Assembly (NCBI GenBank): GCA_019090385.1
Contig: JAHRWB010000001.1
Span: forward strand, 10,484 to 74,483
Reading direction: 5' to 3'
DNA length: 64,000 nucleotides
From: Pseudomonadales bacterium
Lineage (GTDB): Bacteria; Pseudomonadota; Gammaproteobacteria; Pseudomonadales; Azotimanducaceae
Position numbers and translations under genes: made by a program. Positions within the stretch are counted from its first letter, which is position 1. Every line of letters begins with the position of its first letter. The notes beneath the pieces are model-generated. The model was given only the letters and a program-made list of their open reading frames with translations, ran no database searches and was not told where the DNA came from. Positions 48,457-57,293 of this stretch are shown in pieces.

Positions 48457-51400
48457 TCATAAAGAATTATGCAAAAAACGCAATCCAGCGCCTTTCGCAA
48501 TACGCATGAGACGCCACTGCTCATGATCCACGTCAATTTCTAACAATGCCGGACGGAGACGAGTCGCTAATTTTGAATCCTTCTGCAATGCTATCAAACG
48601 TGATTGATCCACATAAAAACAGGCCCAGGCAACAGGCTCTCCCCGTACATAGTGCTCCAGCTTATCTGCATCCAGCATCGCCTTCTCAAATTCCCCCCCT
48701 TTCAATAATGCTTCAATAGATATTGTATAAAAAAACAGGTGGGCATGGCTGATAGAACCTTTCGCAAGCAGCGCATATCCTTGTTCGAGGAATGAATTCC
48801 TTTGCGCCATATCTGCACTACACAGCGCTTTCACGCCATAAGTTATCGCAGCCCCGAAGGCGAGAAGGTCAACACCATAGTGCTCTAAGCCCAAATCACT
48901 ACAGCTGAGTGCATTTTTAATATCTCCGGAAATCCAATGCAAGTGTGCAAGCGTTGAATAGCTGTCAGCTATAAAGCGACGCACGCCAATTGACAGAGAC
49001 ACTTCAAGTGACTCCTGAGCCAATTCGATTGCAGCTGAAGTATCGTCCATATAGGGTGCCATGCAAGACAAGACATTTATTGTTACCAAACGATGCCGGA
49101 CGTTACCCGTTATTTTGGCAAGCTGTGTAGCCGACTCACAATCAGCACTGTATCGTGCCATATCCAAATCAAATGCAGCTGCCAAGCCTCTCATTGGAAT
49201 ATTCGCCGCAGCAAGCGAACTCATATCGTGAGCAAGTGCTAGCTCAACACAACGATCATAATGATGAAATGCAGATTTCATCGCCCCCCGCTGATAGTTC
49301 GCATCCCCCAAACCTCCTTCAGCACGTGCCAGGGAAAACACATCGTCACTTGTCTGCGCATATCGCAAGCCATCGGTATATGCCTGCAAACATGTATCAG
49401 ACTGCCCCATGGGAAATAGCGCATTGCCCAAATGATGGTGCAACTCCGCAAGCAAATAGGAATCACCTGTCACCCTTTCAATCGCTTCAGTTAGCTCGCC
49501 GATGGCAAGCTCAGATTTGTCCGCCAAATTATACAAGCGAGCCCGGCCCAACTGCGCTAATGCTTTATCGCGATCGTTCGTCGCTACCACCAGCGCTTGC
49601 TCAAAGTTCTGCACAGCGCTTTCAAACGAACCTACCGCCAAATCAATATCACCCACCATAATATAGGCCTGAGCAGCCTCGTTCGGGTAAGCCACCGCGC
49701 GCAATGATAATTTCCGTGCAATTGCCAAACGGTGGCCAGAATATTCTGTCGTGGCAGCACGCAACAGGTTCGATCCTGCCTCAGCATCCTGAGCGAGATC
49801 CAAATGCTCTGCAAAAAGCGTTAAATCACGATCCTGATACCAAGCCGCCGCTTGACGGTGGAGTTCACAACGTTCCTGATTGAGCAGGCTATGGTATATT
49901 CCCTCGCGAATCATTGCATGATGAAAACGATACCCCTCGTGACTTGCATCAAACAACAATTCCTCAACCAGTTCCGCCACAGTATGGGGCAAATCAGTAA
50001 CCTTGGTCGTCAAAGCTGACAACACATCTAGCGACCCCGTTTGACCAAGCACACTGGCCGCTTTCAAAACACATTGCAGTGCAGACTTCTGACTATCTAG
50101 CCGCGATACAGCCAACGCCTGAATTGAAGCCGGTATATTTTCAGATTTGGATCCCTGACGTGCCAACTGTTCTGCAAACAAAGGATTTCCGCCGCAGCGA
50201 TCCGCAATCACCAGCTGCTCTTCATCGCTTGCACCAAACTGCGCAACCAGTGTATGAATATCCCTATCCGCCAAAGGCTGCAAGTCAAATGTTTGTAAGC
50301 GCGCACCGCGGGTTTGTGCTCGCCAGCCAGGATCCAGAGCTTCACCCGGCATTCTACTCGTTACCATGAGAACTACTGGTAAATGCTGAATAAGGCTGGC
50401 AAGTCGAGCAACAAGAGCCAATACCAAATCATCCGCCCAGTGTAAATCTTCGACAAATATCCAAAGTGGGCTGACTCGCACACACATTTGCAACAGTCTA
50501 TGAAGAATCTCAACCCTGCGCTCCAATCGTTCCAACGCGGATAATCCACCCACTATTCGATTCGCTGATGATGACAATGGCAGACCAAGCATATCCAATA
50601 CGAAAGGAGCCATGGAGGGCTCGAAATCTTGTTCTTTAAGCCAATTTTCAATATCGCAGCTATTGTCCGTTTTCAATAATTTATTGTTTTCACGCAACAA
50701 GTGCTCACAAAGTTGACCCATGGGGTCTTTACGAACACCATTGCCAAAATCAAATATCTGAACACGCAGAGTTGCAAACCCTTCAGCCAAGGCCAACCGA
50801 CCACACGTTTCTCCATAGGCTGTTTTTCCAACCCCCGCCTCACCACGAACGAGCAGAGTACAACCGTTACCAACACCACGACAACTGCCAAGAATAGCAA
50901 GAAATTGATGCACCTCAAATTCTCGTGCAATCAGAGAAACTGACTGCACTGTTTCAGGAACGTTCGCTACCAATCCCACCCCGAGCAACCGGTATGCCTG
51001 ATTATCCAAAGGCACTATCCGCTGTTGCAGCCTAAGACTTTCCACTGCCTCTTTATCTAGTAAGCACTCATTCATATTGGCCAATTGCACAATTCGCTCA
51101 ACTTGCAACATGGGTCCACCACTAACAGCCACCCAGTATTTCTGTTTAGATTGTAATACCGAGTAATCCACTAAAACCAAACCAAAACTCAGCCCCGCAG
51201 CCAATTTTTCACATTTAGCCAGGCATTCCTCTGCAACGAAACATGCGCGGTCAGCTTCGGTTGCGTGAATGTGGTGCAACCCAAAGGCAACTATAACTAC
51301 TCCACTGGAACGGCTTACAACCGTGCCTCCTGCCTGTTCAGCTATGCCGCGAACTCTGTCAACGGTTTCATCAAATACCTGCTCTGCCTTCTCTGGGTCT

Positions 51401-52215
51401 TCAGGAATGCTGCACAACCTGAATGCAAGAAGTGCACACGGCCGCAGCGCACGGTTTGTAACATTCTCAACACCAGTAGCAACATTTGTACGCAACTGAT
51501 TCCGATGGGATAGCAAACCTTCGTATAATGAAATAGTTGCAGGCTCCGGCTGAATGCCCAACTCCTGTTTCAGCAGTGCCTGACATGTAAGGAATTGCTT
51601 AATAGCACGACCATCCTCACCCCCCGCAATGTAATGCATCATTAAATTTCTGTACACGACCTCATTAAATGGATCCAATACCAGTAACCGCTGTGCATAA
51701 GGTATCGCTAACTTTGAATCGTCATCATGGGTATCAATTAGTGTGTGCAGGAGACTAATAAACTGTTGTCGCAAATTTTCTCTGGCCGTCACTAACCACT
51801 GATCATAACCAACGACATTTAGCTCAAATCCCTCAAGCATATCTCCGTGATACAATGTATAAGCTATATTGACATCACCATTGGTGACGTTTCGCCGAAA
51901 TTCCACCAAGTCAATAACCATTTCGGAGCTTAGCCACACTTGTTCACTTTCCGCTTTCAGCAACGAGTCGTATGGTGTAAAGCACCGACGTAAATCCGAC
52001 AACGCCTGCCTTAAACTATGGCGCGCACTGGTACTACTGCTCGTTGGCCATAGCAAATCTGCCAGAATATCTCTACTTATACGCCGCTCCTGCCCCGCAT
52101 CCAATTGTAAAAATGCCAAGCGTGTCAGCAGTGCTTTCGACTTTTTTGAGCTGACCTCACATTCGCGACCATCCACAGACAAAGCAAAGCCGCCCAAGAG
52201 CGTTAACTGCAGCAC
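48457..52215 (-). CDS. Giant STAND-type regulator: SARP (wHTH+BTAD) N-terminus, degenerate nucleotide-cyclase-like domain, AAA_16-type P-loop NTPase and a TPR-like C-terminal half
   Basis: 1252 aa from a GTG start.
- aa 1-235 follow the SARP/BTAD pattern (LLGGFALSVDG..., LLADLLWP, VLDPFNEVVYRNLMMHYIAGGEDGRAIKQF).
- aa ~255-410 resemble a class III cyclase fold without the metal-binding Asp pair.
- Walker A is GEAGVGKT (50821-50844).
- Walker B is LWIFVEDLHWADD (50428-50466).
- The remaining ~500 aa are helical-repeat, TPR-like. Confidence 0.75.
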   Translation of the reverse strand: MLQLTLLGGFALSVDGRECEVSSKKSKALLTRLAFLQLDAGQERRISRDILADLLWPTSSSTSARHSLRQALSDLRRCFTPYDSLLKAESEQVWLSSEMVIDLVEFRRNVTNGDVNIAYTLYHGDMLEGFELNVVGYDQWLVTARENLRQQFISLLHTLIDTHDDDSKLAIPYAQRLLVLDPFNEVVYRNLMMHYIAGGEDGRAIKQFLTCQALLKQELGIQPEPATISLYEGLLSHRNQLRTNVATGVENVTNRALRPCALLAFRLCSIPEDPEKAEQVFDETVDRVRGIAEQAGGTVVSRSSGVVIVAFGLHHIHATEADRACFVAEECLAKCEKLAAGLSFGLVLVDYSVLQSKQKYWVAVSGGPMLQVERIVQLANMNECLLDKEAVESLRLQQRIVPLDNQAYRLLGVGLVANVPETVQSVSLIAREFEVHQFLAILGSCRGVGNGCTLLVRGEAGVGKTAYGETCGRLALAEGFATLRVQIFDFGNGVRKDPMGQLCEHLLRENNKLLKTDNSCDIENWLKEQDFEPSMAPFVLDMLGLPLSSSANRIVGGLSALERLERRVEILHRLLQMCVRVSPLWIFVEDLHWADDLVLALVARLASLIQHLPVVLMVTSRMPGEALDPGWRAQTRGARLQTFDLQPLADRDIHTLVAQFGASDEEQLVIADRCGGNPLFAEQLARQGSKSENIPASIQALAVSRLDSQKSALQCVLKAASVLGQTGSLDVLSALTTKVTDLPHTVAELVEELLFDASHEGYRFHHAMIREGIYHSLLNQERCELHRQAAAWYQDRDLTLFAEHLDLAQDAEAGSNLLRAATTEYSGHRLAIARKLSLRAVAYPNEAAQAYIMVGDIDLAVGSFESAVQNFEQALVVATNDRDKALAQLGRARLYNLADKSELAIGELTEAIERVTGDSYLLAELHHHLGNALFPMGQSDTCLQAYTDGLRYAQTSDDVFSLARAEGGLGDANYQRGAMKSAFHHYDRCVELALAHDMSSLAAANIPMRGLAAAFDLDMARYSADCESATQLAKITGNVRHRLVTINVLSCMAPYMDDTSAAIELAQESLEVSLSIGVRRFIADSYSTLAHLHWISGDIKNALSCSDLGLEHYGVDLLAFGAAITYGVKALCSADMAQRNSFLEQGYALLAKGSISHAHLFFYTISIEALLKGGEFEKAMLDADKLEHYVRGEPVAWACFYVDQSRLIALQKDSKLATRLRPALLEIDVDHEQWRLMRIAKGAGLRFLHNSL

Positions 52216-52343
52216 GAATTTATCCTGCGTTGTCGCAATTTATTGCTTTGACGAATCATTGACACCTCTATTTACGAGGCTTTGACACCTTCGTCGTAAG
52301 TTAGATTCGTGCCCATAATGGGACAATCTAATAGGAGATTATA

Positions 52344-53186
52344 ATGTACCAATACCTTGAAGTTCTTGCACTAGCCATGCTACCTGCCTTTATTCTCATG
52401 GAAATAGCCTTCGGCCGCTCAAGGACCCACCCCCCCGCTGAAGGTCCGCAAAAAACTCTTCTCGGAGGAATCGCTTACAACGCACCCAAGCTTTGGCGCT
52501 TGAATGGACTAATCGTGACCATCTTAGCAGTGTGGTTGTCTTTCCAGGTAACCGAATTCTGGGTAACGCTGACCAAAAATTTTCAGATTTTCGACTTGTC
52601 ATCATTCCCCCCCCTTGCAGGATTTATTGCATCCGTATTTATTTACGAGTGGTTTCACTACGCTTATCATAGATTCATAGCGCATGGTAATGATAAGGGA
52701 TGGCGCTTTGCTCATCAAATGCATCACGCAGCAGAATCTCTCGATGCCTTTGGCGCGAATTTCCTACACCCACTGGATGTGTTCGCATTCACAACAATTG
52801 GCGTGCTCGTGACCATCCCATTACTAGGCCTGTCGTTAGAATCTGCACTACTTTTAAACTTTTGGCTGGTTTTTAATGCCATGTTTCAACATGCAAACGT
52901 GGCAACCCCTCGCTGGATCGGCTTTCTAATTCAGCGGCCTGAAAGTCATGCCATTCATCACCGCCGTGGAGCCCACAAATACAACTATGCGAACCTGCCT
53001 TTAATCGACCTGCTATTGGGTACCCTGCGTAATCCAAGTGCCAGGGAACTCAGAAATTCGGAACATAAAATTGGTTTCTACAATGGGGCCTCATCACGTT
53101 GGTTTGAAATGTTAGTGGGTATTGACGTGTCCCAACCCGCTGAAAAACCTTCCACACTCATTCATCAGGGGAGTGAGATCGCATAA
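52344..53186 (+). CDS. Fatty acid hydroxylase / sterol desaturase superfamily membrane di-iron enzyme
   Basis: 280 aa with TM helices and three His boxes: WFHYAYHRFIAH, HQMHH and HAIHH. The RBS is TAGGAGA. Confidence 0.85.
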   Translation: MYQYLEVLALAMLPAFILMEIAFGRSRTHPPAEGPQKTLLGGIAYNAPKLWRLNGLIVTILAVWLSFQVTEFWVTLTKNFQIFDLSSFPPLAGFIASVFIYEWFHYAYHRFIAHGNDKGWRFAHQMHHAAESLDAFGANFLHPLDVFAFTTIGVLVTIPLLGLSLESALLLNFWLVFNAMFQHANVATPRWIGFLIQRPESHAIHHRRGAHKYNYANLPLIDLLLGTLRNPSARELRNSEHKIGFYNGASSRWFEMLVGIDVSQPAEKPSTLIHQGSEIA

Positions 53187-53213
53187 ATACGAACCCCACA
53201 CTTAATCGAAATT

Positions 53214-53244
53214 ATACTGCGCTTTGTGATACAAAGCGCAGTAT
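53214..53244 (+). terminator. Hairpin terminator downstream of the hydroxylase gene
   Basis: A perfect 14-bp stem pairs ATACTGCGCTTTGT with ACAAAGCGCAGTAT around a 3-nt loop, 28 nt after the stop. The T-tract is weak (ATCTTG). Confidence 0.6.
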
Positions 53245-53539
53245 ATCTTGCATTGTCCAGCGCGGGGTCAGTATTTGCGTTGCCGAGGTTAATATCTATT
53301 CTGACAGTGGAACTAAGTTGGCAAAGGCAACAGCGACTTATAAGTTAAGCCACAAATAGATACAGGAGGATCAAATCGCACGCACATCAAAAAAAACAAA
53401 CACCTACTAAATATCAATTTCATCCCCTTGATAAAAGAGAAACCGTGACAAAAAGGAGGTAATATTTTCGCGGTGGATATACCCTTTGTTAGGTATAATA
53501 AAGCTCCTACGGCCGAACACTCAAAGGAATCAGGACGCC

Positions 53540-54418
53540 ATGCGCTACCTGTATATTATACTTGCATTCGGTCTTGCTGCCTGTTCGGCTGCGCCTCCCG
53601 CACGATACACTGTATCCCATGATCAGGAACTTAATCGCGAGGGGGGTATTTTATTACTTACAGACATCTGCATTCAAAAAGATGGCATAGGTGATTCCGG
53701 AGATTTTTTTATTATCGATGAATCAAGGCGCTCCGCAGAGACCGTACTAGGCATGCTGCATGCCTATGTAGAAGATAGCAATATTCCGGTAAGAGCTGAA
53801 ATTCCAACTGTTTGCGCGGCAAAGCACGGTGAAGCTGATACGATCCGAGTCGCTGACAATTTTAATGCTGTCGCACGAAATGGCACGCAACCACTGTATA
53901 CCGGCGCCAACACAAAAAAAGACAAAGAATACGTGAATGCATTGAGTGTAATCAGCACCTACGCGTTTGAAAGAGCTGCCATTAAAGATGACTCTACTCC
54001 AGCTTCAAAAGGATCTAAACCGGCAGAGAATATAAGCACCATTGAATTTCTGGATGCTGCAGATGTTATTCGAGAGCGCACACATGCTTCCAGTGTTTTA
54101 TATCTCGGTGTGTTAGGTACCAGTATGACCAGTGCTAAAGTCGCTGCCGGGTATATTGGAAGTGTTTTAGTCGGTACCACTACGGGCGTATTAACTGCGG
54201 GACTCGGCACTGGCTACTACCTACTATTTACATCTGGATATCAAGTATCCGGACGATTTATGGAAGGCGCGTTAATTGACCTCGAGTCAGGAAGTTTAAC
54301 ATGGTCAAATGCCGTAAAAGTTGGAGGAAACCCAATCAAGCCTGAAACCTGGTCGAACCAGGATGTACTGGATTTACTTTTTCATGAACTGCTATTTCAA
54401 AAAACTGCTACAAAATAA
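53540..54418 (+). CDS. Hypothetical lipoprotein
   Basis: From the ATG at 53540 the protein reads MRYLYIILAFGLAAC, a lipobox LAAC. A Gly/Thr-rich hydrophobic stretch (GSVLVGTTTGVLTAGLGTGYYLL) lies near the C-terminus. No family was recognised. Confidence 0.5.
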   Translation: MRYLYIILAFGLAACSAAPPARYTVSHDQELNREGGILLLTDICIQKDGIGDSGDFFIIDESRRSAETVLGMLHAYVEDSNIPVRAEIPTVCAAKHGEADTIRVADNFNAVARNGTQPLYTGANTKKDKEYVNALSVISTYAFERAAIKDDSTPASKGSKPAENISTIEFLDAADVIRERTHASSVLYLGVLGTSMTSAKVAAGYIGSVLVGTTTGVLTAGLGTGYYLLFTSGYQVSGRFMEGALIDLESGSLTWSNAVKVGGNPIKPETWSNQDVLDLLFHELLFQKTATK

Positions 54419-54430
54419 GGGACTCACTAA

Positions 54431-54772
54431 ATGAGCGCTGTACAATTTCACAAACCACTCGTCATCAAGTACGTGCCCTGCTTACTATTCGCCTGTTCGA
54501 TATTATTGGCCGGTTGCGCAGGCCTAAATAGTCAGAACATGATACCCGTTTCTGATGCAGGACTATCGGCCGCGGCTACTGGCCAAAGTATCAATACCTA
54601 CCGACTAACCAATGCCGACGGCGAAGTCCTTTGGCTAAAAACCTATGAATCGGAATTCAGTTCCCATGCTTTCTCTGGTGCTACTCGAACAGTTGAAGCA
54701 CGAGAAGGTAGCGTACGTGAGAACCTGGCTTCACTTTCTGAGGGCTTAAAAAATTATTGGAAAAATAAATAG
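54431..54772 (+). CDS. Hypothetical small lipoprotein
   Basis: 113 aa with the lipobox signal LLFACSILLAGC. It starts 12 nt after the preceding lipoprotein gene. Confidence 0.5.
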   Translation: MSAVQFHKPLVIKYVPCLLFACSILLAGCAGLNSQNMIPVSDAGLSAAATGQSINTYRLTNADGEVLWLKTYESEFSSHAFSGATRTVEAREGSVRENLASLSEGLKNYWKNK

Positions 54773-54862
54773 CACCGATTTACCGGGTGGTCATTAGCTG
54801 TATTTATGCGATATGGAGCGAAAATACTTCTCGCCACATTAGCCATCAAAAACGGCTCGGAA

Positions 54863-55708
54863 CTAAGCAGGTGACCCGCTAATGGCTAATTGACTATCTG
54901 GCACCAAAAATCTTTCATAATCATCCAGTAGCTCAGGGCGTTCAAAGTGCAGGAAATGCCCGACGCCCTGCACTAGCAACAGTTCGCAATCTGGTATCAG
55001 CTTTTCAGCAACATACATGTCTGCCACATCAATAATGGTGTCATCCGCCCCGTTAATAATAAGAGTTCTGGCTTTTATTTTCGTCAGGTCCACCACCTCA
55101 TCAAGTCGGCCCAGCTTAAGAATATTTGCCGTATGCTCATAAAAGGACGCCGCATGCGCTTCGTTGAGTTGCTTGAACTGAGCGATAATCTGCTTTTTAT
55201 AGCCCTCACCAATTTGAGCACCAAATAACTCAAGAATTAAATTTGCCCCCCCGGCATAGTCACCAGCCTCGTATAGTACCGATGCTCGTTCCACCAAATA
55301 CCGCATCCCCTCATTAGGCTGCATCCCAAAACTGCTCAGCACCAAATGTTGTACTGCATTAGGATACAAGGCTGCGTAGGCAGCAGCGATAGCAGTACCC
55401 CAGGAGCTGCCGGCCAGCGCTAACTCGCCTCCACCTGTATGCGTCTCGGTAATAATTGCATGCAGTGTCTCTACCTGCTCCTCAACCGTAATCCTGGCCC
55501 CGCCCGATATTATTTTCGAGCGGCCTATTCCTGGCATATCAAAAATAACTACCGTCAAATCACCTGTGAAGCGTTTTACCACACTGCGCCATATTGCCAT
55601 GGTCTGAAGCGCCCCACTAACACAGACCATTACATTGTCGTTATCTCCATATTTTCTGTATGGAACTTCAAATCGACCAATGCTCAACGTACCTTTTACT
55701 GTTTTCAT
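54863..55708 (-). CDS. Alpha/beta hydrolase resembling the RhlA / PhaG (3-hydroxyacyl-ACP acyltransferase) subfamily
   Basis: 281 aa. From memory, several blocks align with RhlA and PhaG: CVSGALQTMAIW...VVIFDMPGIGRSK, the nucleophile motif GSSWG, LSSFGMQPNEGMRYL, and INGADD...GVGHFLHFE. The start overlaps the upstream stop as ATGA. Confidence 0.55.
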   Translation of the reverse strand: MKTVKGTLSIGRFEVPYRKYGDNDNVMVCVSGALQTMAIWRSVVKRFTGDLTVVIFDMPGIGRSKIISGGARITVEEQVETLHAIITETHTGGGELALAGSSWGTAIAAAYAALYPNAVQHLVLSSFGMQPNEGMRYLVERASVLYEAGDYAGGANLILELFGAQIGEGYKKQIIAQFKQLNEAHAASFYEHTANILKLGRLDEVVDLTKIKARTLIINGADDTIIDVADMYVAEKLIPDCELLLVQGVGHFLHFERPELLDDYERFLVPDSQLAISGSPA

Positions 55709-56616
55709 ATAACCCTGCGATTGTTCATGAACGCACGACCACGTGCGTCAGCCTTACCCTGCTTCCAGCCAAACCAGTGTTCAGCAGCCAGCTTGTTGCT
55801 TATACGATCTACGGGAGAAAGCGCCAGAATATTCATCAACCCCATCAAACGGCCATTCAGCGTTTGATTTGCGGCTCTGAGTGAAATACCGATTCCGGCA
55901 TCCAGGTATTTAACCTCATGCCAGAATGCACTGGGGATAAACAGCGACTGCCCTGCTTCCACGACTACCTCATAGCCACGAGCGGCCTTTAATGCCGGAT
56001 AATTAACATCATTCGGATCGTCAAGGTTAACATAACTACGAACCGTAAACGGGTGTTTGTGTAAAGCGGTGGATTGATCAGGAGCAAACAAGCGGATTCG
56101 ACGTCGACCCAAAATAGAGGTGTAAAGAACGTGGCTCATATCTATGTCGTAATGCAGCGGTGTTATCGATCCGCGACAGCCAAAAAAACTGTATACAAAC
56201 GATTGTGCAAAATTCAGCCCAACGTCAGGGAACTCAACATCTTCCAGTAATTCCGGAATCTGACGGCCTATATTGTAAAGAAACATGCGCAAATCCCGCC
56301 CTTTGCCCAGGGTCTCACTTAGAAACTCCGAAAATGGCATGACACCGATACTGTCCATGTAGTTTTTACCCGGCTCGCCAAATAGTGCGTTATAGACACG
56401 TACTGGTTTGCTTCCAAAGCGTGCGCTCAGGCTTCCTGCATTCCAGGAGTGCAATGCAGGCCAGTCCGCCGCCAGCCCACTGATCAGGAGGGGTGTATTT
56501 CGTTCTTTCAAAAGCTCCGGGAAGGAACCTGATGCGCCATCCAGAGAAACGCACTCGATTTGGCGTGTAAACAAGTTCGGTGCAAACATTTCGGTGTCAC
56601 TGTCCTGGTCATCCAC
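55705..56616 (-). CDS. JmjC / cupin-8 domain Fe(II)/2-oxoglutarate oxygenase-like protein
   Basis: 303 aa with the HxD motif in TPLHYDID, the distal His in FIPSAFWHEV and an N-terminal LLISGLAADWPAL, typical of bacterial JmjC/cupin_8 proteins. Confidence 0.75.
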   Translation of the reverse strand: MDDQDSDTEMFAPNLFTRQIECVSLDGASGSFPELLKERNTPLLISGLAADWPALHSWNAGSLSARFGSKPVRVYNALFGEPGKNYMDSIGVMPFSEFLSETLGKGRDLRMFLYNIGRQIPELLEDVEFPDVGLNFAQSFVYSFFGCRGSITPLHYDIDMSHVLYTSILGRRRIRLFAPDQSTALHKHPFTVRSYVNLDDPNDVNYPALKAARGYEVVVEAGQSLFIPSAFWHEVKYLDAGIGISLRAANQTLNGRLMGLMNILALSPVDRISNKLAAEHWFGWKQGKADARGRAFMNNRRVI

Positions 56617-56665
56617 CTTGTGTATTCCTGATACTTTGCATAAATTAACGTACTTTTTTTCTTCA

Positions 56666-57142
56666 TCATGAAATTTTCAGAGACATCATACTGTGCGGTA
56701 GATAATCCTCAATATAACTTTCGCCGTAAACCTTAAAACCCAGCTTTTCATACAATCCTATGGCATGTTCCTGAGCAGACATTTGGATTTCATCTATTTC
56801 TTTATTTTTCTGCATTTGACCTATCAGCAACTCCAAAAGGTTTGATGCAAAGCCTCTTCCACGAAATTCAATTAGTGTGGCAATACGTCCAATTTTTGCT
56901 ATACAAGTTTCAGGGTATAAAACACGGCAGGTTATAACAGGCTCGCCATCACAATAACCTATGTAATGTTCAGCAATATCATCCTTATCATCAAATTCTT
57001 CAATGGCTGGGCATTTTTGTTCAATAACAAATACTTTTGTTCTTATCGAAGCAACTAAACCAAAATCTTTTAGAGTAGATATTTGTTTTAGTTCAAAATC
57101 AGCACTGCCCAAGATATCCCCCAAATCTTTGCTCACTTCCAA
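56666..57142 (-). CDS. GNAT N-acetyltransferase (ElaA/YjcF-like)
   Basis: 158 aa from a TTG start, so the start is uncertain. Blocks IRTKVFVIEQKCP..EEFDDKD, KIGRIATLIEFRGRGFASNLL and GLYEKLGF follow the ElaA pattern. Confidence 0.75.
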   Translation of the reverse strand: MEVSKDLGDILGSADFELKQISTLKDFGLVASIRTKVFVIEQKCPAIEEFDDKDDIAEHYIGYCDGEPVITCRVLYPETCIAKIGRIATLIEFRGRGFASNLLELLIGQMQKNKEIDEIQMSAQEHAIGLYEKLGFKVYGESYIEDYLPHSMMSLKIS

Positions 57143-57293
57143 TTCGATATCACCTAGCTTGCCAATATTGCGAAGCTATACCGCTTTACTAAACCAGGGA
57201 ACGTTTTCAAACAAATATATCGCCAACAGAATCAATCTGGCAGCAACCATTTACAATCGGTTTACTGCCAGATCGCTTCTAACATATTGTCTG

